A DNA stretch of 64,000 nt from Nageia nagi (Eukaryota > Plantae > Pinophyta), in contig JBITNC010000001.1 of the NCBI GenBank assembly GCA_050084985.1, forward strand, positions 127,410,001 to 127,474,000, written 5' to 3'. Positions 40,860 to 53,000 of the stretch are shown in pieces; the first letter of the stretch is position 1; each line of letters starts with the position of its first letter. Below the pieces are notes generated by a model. That model ran no database searches. It was not told where the DNA came from and saw nothing but the letters and a program-made list of their open reading frames with translations. The translations under genes were made by a program, and so were the position numbers.

Positions 40860-43800
40860 ACCTAATTGAATGATATAAAGACAAGCTGTAGGCCTCAGAA
40901 TATATCCACTTGCGTGCAAACTATCCAAAGAAGGATCAAACTCTTTCACAAATTATCAATATGCAATTCATAGAAAGAACCATTTAGATATGCATAATCC
41001 CATAAATGATGTTCCTCACAATATAACTTTATGAGGAAATCTGCATTTTGAGATCCATCATCTCAACACCTTCGACAAGGAGTTTGTAAATCTGCGAAGA
41101 CAATCTTTCAACGGCCTCCATCACTTCGTTCTTAAGTTGCTCCTTCATCAATTCCCATCCTTCATGGAAGGAATTCTACTTCTGCAAGTGCAAAGGAGTG
41201 GTGCTAATTTTCAAGAACTCCTTAATAACCTTCCTGTTGGCCGTGAGTTTCTTCTTTAGTCTCTTTACCTCCTTTTTCTCCTCATAGCCTTCCTATTCTG
41301 TGACTGTAGTGTTTTGGGTGACAATATGTTTCCTGGCTGTCAACCCTAGCTTAACTGGCATCTTGAATGTCTCAATGACGTAATCCTTCGCCCTCTGAGG
41401 ATGCTTCTCTTTCGAGTAGCAATGACTAATGGAGATCTCCTTTTGATAGGTGGAGACAAAAGTGTCCACCCTTCGAATCTTCTCCCCATTTGAGAGTTCT
41501 TCCTCATCCTCAGAATGCAGGTCCTGATCTATATCTTCATCATGAGCCGTACTCATGCTGAGGGCTCTAAGGAAGGCATCCAGGTCAAGATCTGGATGTT
41601 CAGTTGTTGGTCGAGGGGGAAACCTTTGAACCAACAATCTTTCTTTGTCAATTTCCTTGACCTCTTTCACTAGAGTGGTCTGCACTACGGCCATTTCCTT
41701 GCCTTGATGCTCTTCCTTCTTCCTTTTCTTCTTTTTACTTCTTAGTCTCTCCATCTTCTTCATCTCCTCCGTTACCGCCTATAGATAGGCCCTTGCTCCA
41801 GAGCTGGGGAGATCTCTCATGACTCCTCTTGGTAGAGGGTTTGTGTGAAGAAGGAGACTTCTTCCTATGTTTGGTAGGAGAGGACTTGGATGTAGCCACC
41901 TCTCTAGCACACTTCACAATAATCTGGACGTCTTCATCATAGGTGCCAAAATCCACTATCTCATCTTCTGGGATGGATTCGACTTCAGTCTCATCGGGTG
42001 CTGAAGCACCAAGAGGAATATTGGCAACATTGCCAGTATCATCATCATCTTCTTCTTTCTCGCTACAGCTCTCCGATTCTTCTGCAGAATCCTCCACCGT
42101 ATAGTCGGGATCTTCAGTCTCTTCATCGGAAGAAGAGGAACGCTAAGAACTAGAGCTAGAACTTGGTTGCAAAAGGGGAACTTTCTCCCTTGGACCAGGA
42201 GAATAGGCGGATATGGAAGGAATCGCCTTAGTGGACGAAACACTGCCACATGCTGTATTCACCACATCGTCCAGCACATCCGAGGGAAGAGTATGATATC
42301 CAGCATCTCTAAGATCAACCTCTACTACATTTCGTTTGCTGGGACCCAAGATGGGCTCCCTCGGGGCCTCTTGTCTTTTTCCTGTAGGAAGTAAGGGTGT
42401 CTTCTTTGGTGAGGATGTGGTGTGAGCAGGAGACTTGATCTTCAAGGTGTCTCTTTAGATCGGGGCTTGGTCGTATGAGGCTTTTGAGGAGGTTTTTCTC
42501 CTTGAAGGGAAGCCTTCTTCTTGCTCAAAAGAGCCTTTATGCGTGCAATTTCTCCTCTGTCATGTACATTTCTATACCTCTCCTCATCTCCCAAAGGCTT
42601 GTGTGGAAATGCGATGGGCCTATGAAAAATTGTATCATAAAAACGCACAATTATCCCCTTAGGATCATAATTCTTAGCAGCAACCTCTTTGAAGAAGTTG
42701 TACTGTTGTAGCTCCTCTCTCATATACGTTGCCTCCACCTATGTCTAGCACACATATCCGGACATAGTATTAGGCAAATTTATTGTGGCATTCTTCTTCT
42801 TCCAGACCCTTTCGTTTAGGAAAAAGTGCTGCTTGGCATACTCCATGAAAATCAACCTGTCATTGGCGAATTTGGGCGAGAGCAGGGGTTCTTCTTAACC
42901 AAAGACTCTGATATATGTAAAATTGGCATCCTGCAGAAAGAAGTCTGCATGTATGTTGATGGCCTAAGTAGCTACATCAGAAATCCTCTTCATTATGGAT
43001 TCTCCTTTGATATCTTTGTAGATATCATACTCCTAGAAATCGGTCCTCTCATAGACGTATTGGAACTTGTTCTAGCACCACCATTTCTGGTATGCCCTCC
43101 ACATAGGGATGTTTTTCTACCCCAAGTATCTTTTATTAGTCAGCTCCTTGGATTTGGCTTTGTCATGTAGCAACAGGTACACCAGATAAGAGTTCATATA
43201 GAATCTCTTCAAGGAGCCAAAAAAGGACAATTGATAGCACAGGGAATCACTAATTACCCTAGCCCATCGGATAGGTCTCCCCGAACTGATAGCAACAATA
43301 AAACCTATGAACTCTCTTTGGTACTTAGCATCATTTTCTTGACTGATTACCCTTGACAAGAGGGTGATCAACTTTGCCACAACTGGCAGGAATTCATCTC
43401 TTCGTGCACTGATCAGCCTTTGCCCTTGAAGGTTTTGAAACTCTTCAAGTAACCAAGGTCGAATATAGTCTCCAGGCTGGGATGTGGAGTCATGGAACTC
43501 TTCAGAATGAACCAATGTATAATCATCCCCGTATCTTTTCCAGCCAAAGGCTGCTTTAATTCCGGTAGGGGAAAAGTCCATGATCACATTGCCTTCTGTG
43601 TCCTGCAGAATCCTCTTGCTAAAGTCACACTTCCTAGCCACTTCACTGCATAGGTCAGGAAAAGGTACTGCAAATGGTATCATAGCTGTATTGAACAAAC
43701 TGCATGTGTGGATAAGCTCCTCTGATAAGTTCTCTTTGCTGATGGAGGACGTGGAGGCCAGGGTCAGAATAGGGTCCAAGTTTCCCCAATCTGTGTCACC

Positions 43801-44022
43801 AACGAAGATGTGTCTCCCCTTGAATTTGGCTTCAGGGAGCTTTGATTTGTCCTTTTGCTGAAACTCTATCAAACTTTCCTTCAAAAGCCTAGTCATCTGG
43901 CTTTTGGTCACACTTCTCTCGAACAACTGGCTTTGAACCTTTTTGGCTTTCAACAGGGTGCTTTGATGCTCAAAGCCATGGAGAATTCCACTCAACTCCA
44001 GATGTTTGACCAATCTAGGCAT
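40860..44022 (-). pseudogene. Gypsy 3' extra ORF of unknown function (copy 2)
   Basis: 301-aa ORF plus downstream fragments; shares LSRVIxQxxDxK, IRWxRVI, FYMNSYLV, HADFFL and FTYxRVxG with 24734-27794; left boundary approximate. Confidence 0.8.
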
Positions 44023-45999
44023 ATAGTCCTAGATGAGTGCAAAAGCATAGCTTGCAAGGTGTGCGACTGGGCCTAGGGTCAGTTAGCCATTTTTTTTTTA
44101 ACACAATTCTTCATTCCAGATCTGGGCGCATGGTTTTGGATGAGTGCCTTGAGCACTACCTTGAAAGTATGTGACTATGAAATGCCTTAGTCAAATGCAA
44201 TGGCTCGAAACCTTCCTCCTTCCTTGGTCGCATGTTTTAGAGTGAGTGCATAATCATGCATGAAAAATGGTGCGACTAAGCTCTGATATGGGGTATGCAA
44301 CGTTCCTCAATTTGTTTCCTCCTTGGTCGCACGTCCAGGAATGAGTGTATAAGCATGCATGAGAAATGATACGACTAAGAAATGGAGTGATTATGAAATG
44401 ATGTGTTTGAAATGCTCAAGGGGGTGGGATATTTATAGGTTTGTGTAACTGCCAGGTGTCACTTTCTTATTGGTCCGTCTAAGGGTCAAATAGAAGGCCC
44501 ACAACAAGGTCGCATGTTTCTTGAGGAGTGCAAAAGGACAAGATGAAAATGATGCAACTAGGAAAGGGGGGTGACTTAGTCAAATTCCAAACTTAGTTCG
44601 AAGCCTTAGTCCCCGATCGCACCCTTTTGGATGGGTGCCCAAAGCACTTGTATTAATCCTTGGACCTGATTGGGCATGCTTCCCAAGGCCTAGGATCTAA
44701 AAAACTTTGAAAAAAATGCAAGTGGTCCTTGGTCGCATGTCTAGGAAGGAGTATCTTTTCTTCTTATCTCCCATGCTTTACCCCAGATGAACTTGCAAAC
44801 TGAAATAAGGGGACTGACTTTCCTTTTATAGCCCTCCGGATGGGACACATGTCACTACAAGATAGGCGTAGACGGAGGTCCATTGCATGAGCTTCCACTT
44901 GTCAACAAAGTTCAACACTTAGCTAATTTTCTTCTCTCCATTCTAGTCGCATGGTTTTGGATGAGTGCAAAAGGACTCATCAAAATCCTTGCGACAACCT
45001 TTGAAGGGGTGCAAAAGGACTCTTCACAATGCATGTGACAGCCTTTGGGCTCCAAAAAATATGCTAAGTATAGAATCTCCTTGGTCGCACCGATTCCAAT
45101 GAGTGCAAAAGGACTCAATCCAAAACGTGCGATGGCCAAAAATATGCTGAGTATGAAGTCGTTGGTCGCACCCTTTTGAAGGAGTGCAAAAAGGACTCAT
45201 CTCAAAGCATGTGACAACAAGAAAATTGCTAAGTATAAGTTGTTGGTCACACCCTGTTGGAGAGGTACAAAAGGACTCCACAAAATACATGTGACAATTG
45301 AATGCAATGAAAAAAATGCTAAGTATGAGATGATGTTCAACTTGGTTGCACCTTCCCTGGAGGGTGCAAAAACACTCCCTCAAAAACATGCGACAAGCTG
45401 AAAATGAGAGTTTTCTTTTGCATTTGCGACAAAAAGAAGGGCATATGAGATGCAGATGGGGTTCCTACAACATGGAGGTCTCAGGATGCCTTCAAATGTA
45501 AACATGCAAATGATAAAAATGGAGAAGGCTGACTAGTTGCATGGTTTGAGAGAGGTGCAAAAGCACTTATTGAAATACATGTGACATGCTGAAAAATGCA
45601 TGATTTTGACTTTAATTTACCATGAAAATGAAATCTAAACATATTCCCGAGACTAGATTGAAAGATGTGCATCTTCTTTGACAAACTTTTCATGCAATTC
45701 CTCTTTTGTTTCCTTGAGGGTCCTCAAAATGCAAAAAAATTTTGGGGGGGGTGTTGTGTAGGCACAACAATAGCTAAAACAAAACAAAACCAACAAACAA
45801 ACCAACAGAATGAGATCAACATGATGCACGGAAGAGGACAATACAATGCACAATGCATGAAGACGGCACTAACGAGATTAAGATGAAGCGACTGCACATA
45901 ACAGAATGCAAACACAACACTTATGTACAAGACAATGCAATTATCCTTAAGCTTGAAAATAATGCTTGAGATGTTTACCATTAACGGGCAATGGTAACA

Positions 46000-46589
46000 C
46001 CTTTCTAGTGAGTTGCCAGAGCTTGAAAGAATTCGGTCTTGTAAGATCTTCAATGAGAAAGGGTCCCAACCAGAGTCTGTCAAACTTAGCATGTTTCCCT
46101 TTATCCTCGTGTGCTTTATTTCACATCAAGATGAGATTGTCTTGTTCGAACTTCCGTGCCCGAGTAGTTTTGTCAAACCATCTCTTGGTGATCTGTTGAT
46201 GATGGATGATACTCTAAAGGGCTTGCTCCCTTTTTTCTTCTAGCAGGAGGAGATTTACCAATCTCGCTTCAATCACATCATCTGTTCCAATATACTCCTT
46301 CATGAATTGAAGGGTTTCAATCTTCAAATGCATAGGGAACACAGGTTCAGTGCCATATACCAGGTGATATGGGCTGGTGCCGAGAGATTTTTTCAGTCTG
46401 ATTCTATCAGACCATAGTGCATACTTCAACTTACAATGCCATTCTCTCGGATTCTGAGCCAGGAGCTTTTTGATCACCATGACTAGATTTTTATTAGTCG
46501 ACTTAGCTACTCCATTGCCTTGCGGATAGTAATTTGAGGAGTAACTTATACTGATGCCATGGTCATATGACCACTCTGTCAATCTTGTT
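46000..46589 (-). pseudogene. Gypsy integrase, C-terminal part
   Basis: YYPQGNGVAKSTNK...SPYHLVYG; removing the copia and one TSD copy restores DNGPGFISTRLTEW in frame. Confidence 0.92.
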
Positions 46590-46594
46590 GAAAT

Positions 46595-47077
46595 TGTTAG
46601 AATTTGTAATGAAATATTGTGAATATCTAAACTCCTTGTAAATTCAATTAATCACTTAAAGGGTATGTAGATACCTTAAGGGATTAATTGAATTCTTTAA
46701 TATGTAGACTTTGACTTTACCAAGTGGTTAGTTGGTAGGTTAAAGTTAGGTGATTCATTTATTGTGACCCTAACCTTACCCTTGGGTTAAAGGGAGGTTA
46801 GGGAGGTGCTCTCAAGCTATAAATAGAGGGCCTCTCCTCTTGTAACATAACTAAGTTTTTGGAGTAAGATTACTCTACTAGTTGTGTAGGAGAGGAAGAG
46901 AATAGTTGTAAGAGGGGCATACTTGAGAATTGAGATACTAGTTGTGGATGTACTTCCAAGGAGGGAGGAACCACATTACACTTGTGTTATCTTGTGTGAT
47001 TGTGTTATCTTGTGTATGATTGAGTTTCCTAGTCTTAGGTCCTTGAGGATTTGTTTAGATCTAGTCTAAATCCTTCA
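46595..47077 (+). repeat. Copia 5' LTR (483 bp)
   Basis: tgttagaat...atccttca with a TATAAATA box; differs from the 3' LTR by ~6 substitutions and one 18-bp duplication (manual count). Confidence 0.96.
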
Positions 47078-47079
47078 AT

Positions 47080-47091
47080 TGGTATCAGAGC
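47080..47091 (+). promoter_or_regulatory. Primer binding site (tRNA-iMet)
   Basis: TGGTATCAGAGC, 2 nt after the LTR end. Confidence 0.95.
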
Positions 47092-47172
47092 TTGGTGTGG
47101 AAGCTCTTCTTCTTGGTGTGGAAGCTCTTCTTCTTGGTGTAGAAGCTCTTTTTGGTGTGGAAGCTCTTCTTC
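47092..47172 (+). repeat. ~21-bp tandem repeat x4 directly after the PBS
   Basis: (C)TTGGTGTGGAAGCTCTTCTT units. Confidence 0.9.
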
Positions 47173-47959
47173 AACATTTTGGTGATCCTTCTTCATTCCT
47201 CATCTTACACTCCATTGGTGAGGTAAATTCCAAGAGAAGGTATAAATTTCCTCCTCATTTGGTTATTTTATAGATTATTACATGATGCTACTAACACATT
47301 ACTTGCTATGTGTTAGTCCTTTTAAATTATGATTAACAAGTTGCAATTTTTTTTACTAATCCTCTATGTTACTTGCAATTTTAAATTGCTATAATTCTTT
47401 TAAGAAGGGTTAGTATACAAAATTTTTTTACATATTATATTGGAATTAAATGTATGTGTTGGTTCAATTTATCACAACATTTGCTTAAATACCAATATAT
47501 GATGAAAAATTGCAATATATACTAACATTTTTTATGTTAGTAGTATTATATTACTATTTGCTTAAAAAATAGTAATATATTATTGTGAAATTTCTCCTAT
47601 ATACTACCATTTTTTATGTTAGTGGTATGTTTTTCTTGGTGATGAGGATAATTTTTTTTGTTGTTTTTTGAGTTCTACTACAAAATTTCAAAGGCACAAT
47701 AATAATATATATATATATATATATTTATAAATTTTTTATTTTTTGTTTAAAATATAATAAAAAATATATATATTATAAAAACAGGGGGCAGGGCAAATAA
47801 AATTCCTTAAATTGCAATTGCAATTTATAAATAAATGAAATCATATATTAACAGAGATAAAAAAAAAACAAACGATGGCCATACGAAATCCTCCACGCAA
47901 TGGCCGACCTGCATGCAACAAGCGGATACGTTGAACGGGTCTGTGAATCGTCTGCAACG

Positions 47960-48615
47960 CTGAATGATCGTCAGATCTGCATAAAATCGGATATGTTGAC
48001 AGAGCACGTGAATTGTTTGCCAAGATGCATGACGCAGACACCGTTGCATGGACTCCAATGATCGCAGGATGCAGACATACGTTTCAGGCGCACGAATTGT
48101 TTGACAAGTTCCATGGACTGCGATGCCCAAACGGATCCGATGGAGGGCTTCGCGTTTGCATGCTGCAGACTGGTTCCGTGGATTGCAATGATCGCAGAAT
48201 ATGCACCAAACGATGATCGCAGGATATGCACCAAGACAGATACGTTCACCAGCTCTCTGAATTGTTTGCCAGCACGACTTTGAAACCAGATAACTACCAT
48301 CCACCAGGGCAGATAACGGAAGCAGGTCATCTCTTGCTTCCCACAATCCTAAGAGGTTGGGTGTCATATAGACCATTCCAGTAGAGGGGACGACCGAGAT
48401 GCTTTACCTGCGGCCCGACAAGGCTAGGCGTCCGGCTACGTCGGAACAGGTGCCTGCTACGGGGAGCAAAAGCCAGTGGATAAATGAGTGCACAATATTT
48501 CACTCTCACTCCGGCAGAGGTGCATAAGCAGCGGGCGTTAGAGCATTGAGAGGATATGATGTAGAATGCAGATCACGTCTTATGAACTGCAATGATTGCA
48601 GGATATGCCCTTTTT
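47960..48615 (+). pseudogene. Captured, scrambled fragments of a PLS-class PPR gene inside the copia leader
   Basis: Pieces read GYVDRARELFAKMHDADTVAWTPMIAG, AHELFDK, WIAMIAEYAPN, MIAGYAP and TAMIAGYA, matching the PPR consensus ARELFDKMxxxDVVSWxAMIAGYAQNG. Confidence 0.8.
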
Positions 48616-50043
48616 GCTCGCGGCTGGGTGGTCAACCATCGACTGGCCGCCCCACGCAGCCTCCGCCCGCCACTACTCACGCGCCCTCCACCTACTCTCC
48701 TCGCCGACTTTGGCCCCTGCCACCCTTGCCCAGCCTCTCCCCCTCCACGTGGCTTCCCTTGGCCCTTCCAATTTTTTTTGTCAAACTATAGTTGTTGAGC
48801 CTTAATTTTTTTACCCACTCCAAATTTGATTTGATTTTTTCTTTAAAGTCTAAGTCAAATTAAACATTTAAGGGATTTTTCCTACAAACCTATGATATTT
48901 TTAAGTAAACAAAGGCTATGTTTACTTAAAATACATACTTCAAAGACCCTTTTTTAGGGATAACACCTTAAGTGAAAAATAGGGGAGGAACCATACTTAA
49001 ACCCAATTTTTTAGCATCCAAGTTTTAGCACTTTATAAGTAAAAACGGGGGGAATTTTTATAATTTTTTACTTAAATCTTTATGAATCTTGCATGCTAAA
49101 TAGATCTTGCATGCTAAGTTTATAATGCATGCCTCTTAACCTTGTTAGGAATCAAGCATGCTTAGTACTTAAAATTTTAAGTTAAATAATGCATGATGCA
49201 TGTTTATTACTTAATTTTAAGTCATGGAATAATACATGTTTAAGTTATGGATTAATGCTAAGTAGGACTTAGCCTTTGTAAAATTCATTATTTTTGAACT
49301 TGAGCAAAAATATGAAAAATGTAAAAGTCCTTTAGGGGTTAGTACAAAACCCATTGGACTCGGTTTTGGACTCTTAAGGTTTCAAGTTCATGTGGATGGA
49401 GTATTTTCACTTTACTTTATATTTTTGCACATTTGCTTTATACTTGCAAATACGCAAAATATTGAAAGTAACCCCTAAAATGAACACATCCGCATGTATT
49501 TTTCCACAACATGACTTGTTTGGGCAGCCACAAGGTGAGGATAGGGCAGACTGGAGCCTTTTTAGTCCGAAGACCCAAGTGGTGGTAAGTCCGTCTTAAT
49601 TGCCTCTAAGACCTTTGTTGGATTGGACATAACTCTATTAGGTGGACAGGCATGTGTGTAGTGATACCACATGTCCGCACGTCCATTCAGGGATTATCCT
49701 GATAACCTAGGAGGAAAACTGAAAACCTTAATCAAGATAATTAAAATGGCCGGTCCAAGATACGTCGGATCCTTGGAAAATAGTTAGTACTTCTCCTTGT
49801 GAGAGTATATTACTGACCAAGGTGAACTGGTTGAGGACTGGTAGTACCTGGGCTCCATCTTGCGGGCATCCAGGTGAAAGCCTAATTCTATACAAGAAAA
49901 CAACCCCAACTTTATCCTTCTACGGATAGTGGTTATAAGTTTGCACATGTGGGACATGTTTGCTTATTAGATGTTTTATATGTATAGATGGAAAATTGTA
50001 AAAGTTTGCATTCTTATTGCATATTTACTTTTCTTTTGTAGCA

Positions 50044-53000
50044 ATGGTTGAAACCTTCTTTCCCAAGCATATACTCGACGGTTCCAACTTTGGAATATGG
50101 GAACCTCGTATGAAAGCTGAGTTACAAGCAAGGAAGCTGTGGCAGACAGTTATTGAAGACTTGGTCGCTCCTACCGATGAGAAGGCTCTTGAAGTATACA
50201 ACTCAAAGAATGAGTTAGCAACTTCAATGATTTATCGTGTAGTTTCAGATGACGTCCTTCTCATGATCACTTCTTCAACATCAGCAAAGGAAGCTTGGGA
50301 TAGGCTAAAGAAAATTTACCTTGGGTCAAAATTTTCAAGGAGGTTCACCATTTTACAAAAGTTGTTGCAGTATCGTCAAGGTGAAGATGAAAGTGCCTCT
50401 ATCTACTTGAACAAAATCATTGACCTCAGGACACAACTGGTTGGTTGTGGGTGCAACTGGATCAATGATGAATTCATGGTCTTCATCATTCTTCAAAGCC
50501 TTACTACAAAGTTCAGTAACTTTGTCACGGTTATGGAAACAAGGCTCGATGATGAAGAAGATGTCATATCTCTTGATAACCTTTCTAGACTCCTTCTGAA
50601 GCATGAGGAAACTTTGAACAAGAAAATGTTGAACCTTTCTCCAAAGGACAATAGTATTGCTCTAGGAGCAACCAAAACTCCTTTCAAGAAAAAGTTCAAA
50701 CATTATAAATTCAAAGATAACAAGTCCTCATCTACCTTCAGGAAGTATGAGAAAAAGGGCAACAATAATGGCAACTTCAGGCAAAGGAATGACAAAGCTG
50801 GATCAAGCAATCCAACACCTCAGGAAAAGTTTGATGGAAATTGTAACTTTTGTGGCATCTTTGGGCACAAAGAGTATGATTGTCGCAAAAAGAAATTTGC
50901 TCAAAAAGGCAAGGGAAATGCAAATGTGAGAAATTTCAATAATAGAAAGAAGAACAAGCATACTGCTACTGTTGCCTACTACTCAATGACTCAAACTGTT
51001 TCAAATAATTGGATTGTTGATTCAGGATGCACTAATCACATGTGTTATGAAAAGGATAAGTTTGAAAACTTTTATAAGTACAAAAAGGATGCAGTTGTGA
51101 TAGGTGATAATACAGTCCTTGATGTTCAAGGAATAGGGAGTGTGAAGATTCATAGAAAGACTCTTGATAATATCTTTTATGTGCCTAAACTAAGGATGAA
51201 TCTTATCTCCGTAATTCAGATTACAAGGAAAGGATACTCATTTGAGTTTACCTCACACTCTTGGTGTGTTAAGAAAGGAATTGCCACCTTGATGAAAGGA
51301 TCAGTAAAGGATGACCTTTATATTGTGGATCAAGTTCCTTCAAAGATTTGTCTTGCTGCAAATGTTTGTTCAAAGGGTAATCTTTGGCATCAACGATTAG
51401 GGCACCTTAACCACAAGAGTATTCAAGATATGAAAACTCAAGAACTTGTGGAAGGTTTACCTAATATTTCACCCACAATTGGTCTTTGTGAAAGGTGCAT
51501 TCTAGGAAAGATGAATAGGCAAAAGTTTGAAAAAGATAAGGCAACTCGGGCTACTCGTCCTCTTCAGCTTGTGCATTCAGATTTGATGGGTCCATTTCAG
51601 ACTAAGTCTCTAGGGGGAGCTTCTTATGTTTTGACCTTCATTGATGACTTCAGTAGGATGACATTTGGTTATCTACTTGAGCACAAGGATCAAACTTTTG
51701 ACAGGTTTAAAGACTTCAAGGCACTTGTTGAAAATCAAACTGATTTTAAGATCAAGATGCTGAGATCTGATAATGGGTGTGAGTATAATAGCAATGAGTT
51801 TAACGACTATTGTGTTAAACATGGGATCAAGCGGCAATTCACAATCCCTTACACCCCTCAACAAAATGGAGTTGCTAAAAGGAAGAATCGAACCATTATG
51901 GAAATGGCAAGGTGCATGTTGGGTAACCTTCCTAGTTTCTTATGGGGAGAAGCTGTTCACACTGCTATTCACACCCTAAATAGGTGTCCTACTAAAGCAG
52001 TTGAAGGTAAAACTCCGTATGAAGCATGGAAAGGAAAGAAACCTAACCTCTCAAACTTTAGGATCTTCGGTTGTGATGCATTTGCCTTCATTACCTCAGA
52101 GAAAAGAAAGAAGTTGGATAAAAGATCAGAAAAATGTATCTTTGTGGGGTATGATAATCAGCATAGAGGTTACAGGCTCTACTCCTCATCCCATAAAACA
52201 GTCTTTGTTTCTAGGGATGTCAAGTTCAATGAACTTTTTGAGGATACGACCTCTCATGCTGAGGTATCTGATTCAGATGATTCTTTGCTTGCACCTCACT
52301 GGTTGGATGATCATGTAGAGAAGTCACCACAAGAGAAAAATTCTCCAGCTCAGAGAATTACAAGGAATATGACCTTGAATAACTCTTTATTTGCCAAAAT
52401 TGATAATACGCATGAGCCATCAACCTTCAAAGAAGCTTCCAAGCAAGAGTGTTGGATGGAAGCTATGAAAGTTGAGTATGAGGCGCTCATGAAAAATGAA
52501 ACTTGGGATTTGGTTCCTTATCCCAATGAGAAAAATGTGATTGGAAATAAATGGATATACAAGGTCAAGTATAATTCTGATGGAAAAATTGAAAAGTACA
52601 AAGCAAGGTTAGTGGCCAAAGGATTCGCTCAAAAATATGGTATTGATTATGAGGAAACCTTTGCTCCTGTGGCCAAGATGCCTACTGTCAGAATAATCCT
52701 TGCTCTTTCTGCAGCTCAAGGATGGAAAGCTTTTCAACTTGATGTCAAGAGTGCATTTCTCAATGGTGACTTGGATGTCGAAATCTACATGAATCAACCA
52801 GAAGGATTTATTCCAGAAGGAAAAGAGTCTCTTGTGTGCAAACTAAAGAAGTCTTTGTATGGACTTAAGCAAGCACCTAGAGCATGGTACAAGAAAATTT
52901 TAGGATTCTTTGCAGATATTGGTTTTTCCAAGTGCTTCTCTGACTTAGATCTCTATGTACTCAATCAAGGAAAAGGCGTGGTCTTAATTCTCCTTTATGT

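Noticed and set aside
47825-48376. 183-aa antisense ORF in the copia leader
   Set aside because: No recognisable motifs; explained as the stop-poor reverse strand of the GC-rich PPR mosaic
49695-49730. Hammerhead ribozyme (CTGATAA...GAAA)
   Set aside because: The core does not match CUGANGA and I could not build the three required stems
50017-50043. ORF-track start of the copia polyprotein
   Set aside because: It is a TTG inside the polypyrimidine tract; the ATG at 50044 is the plausible start
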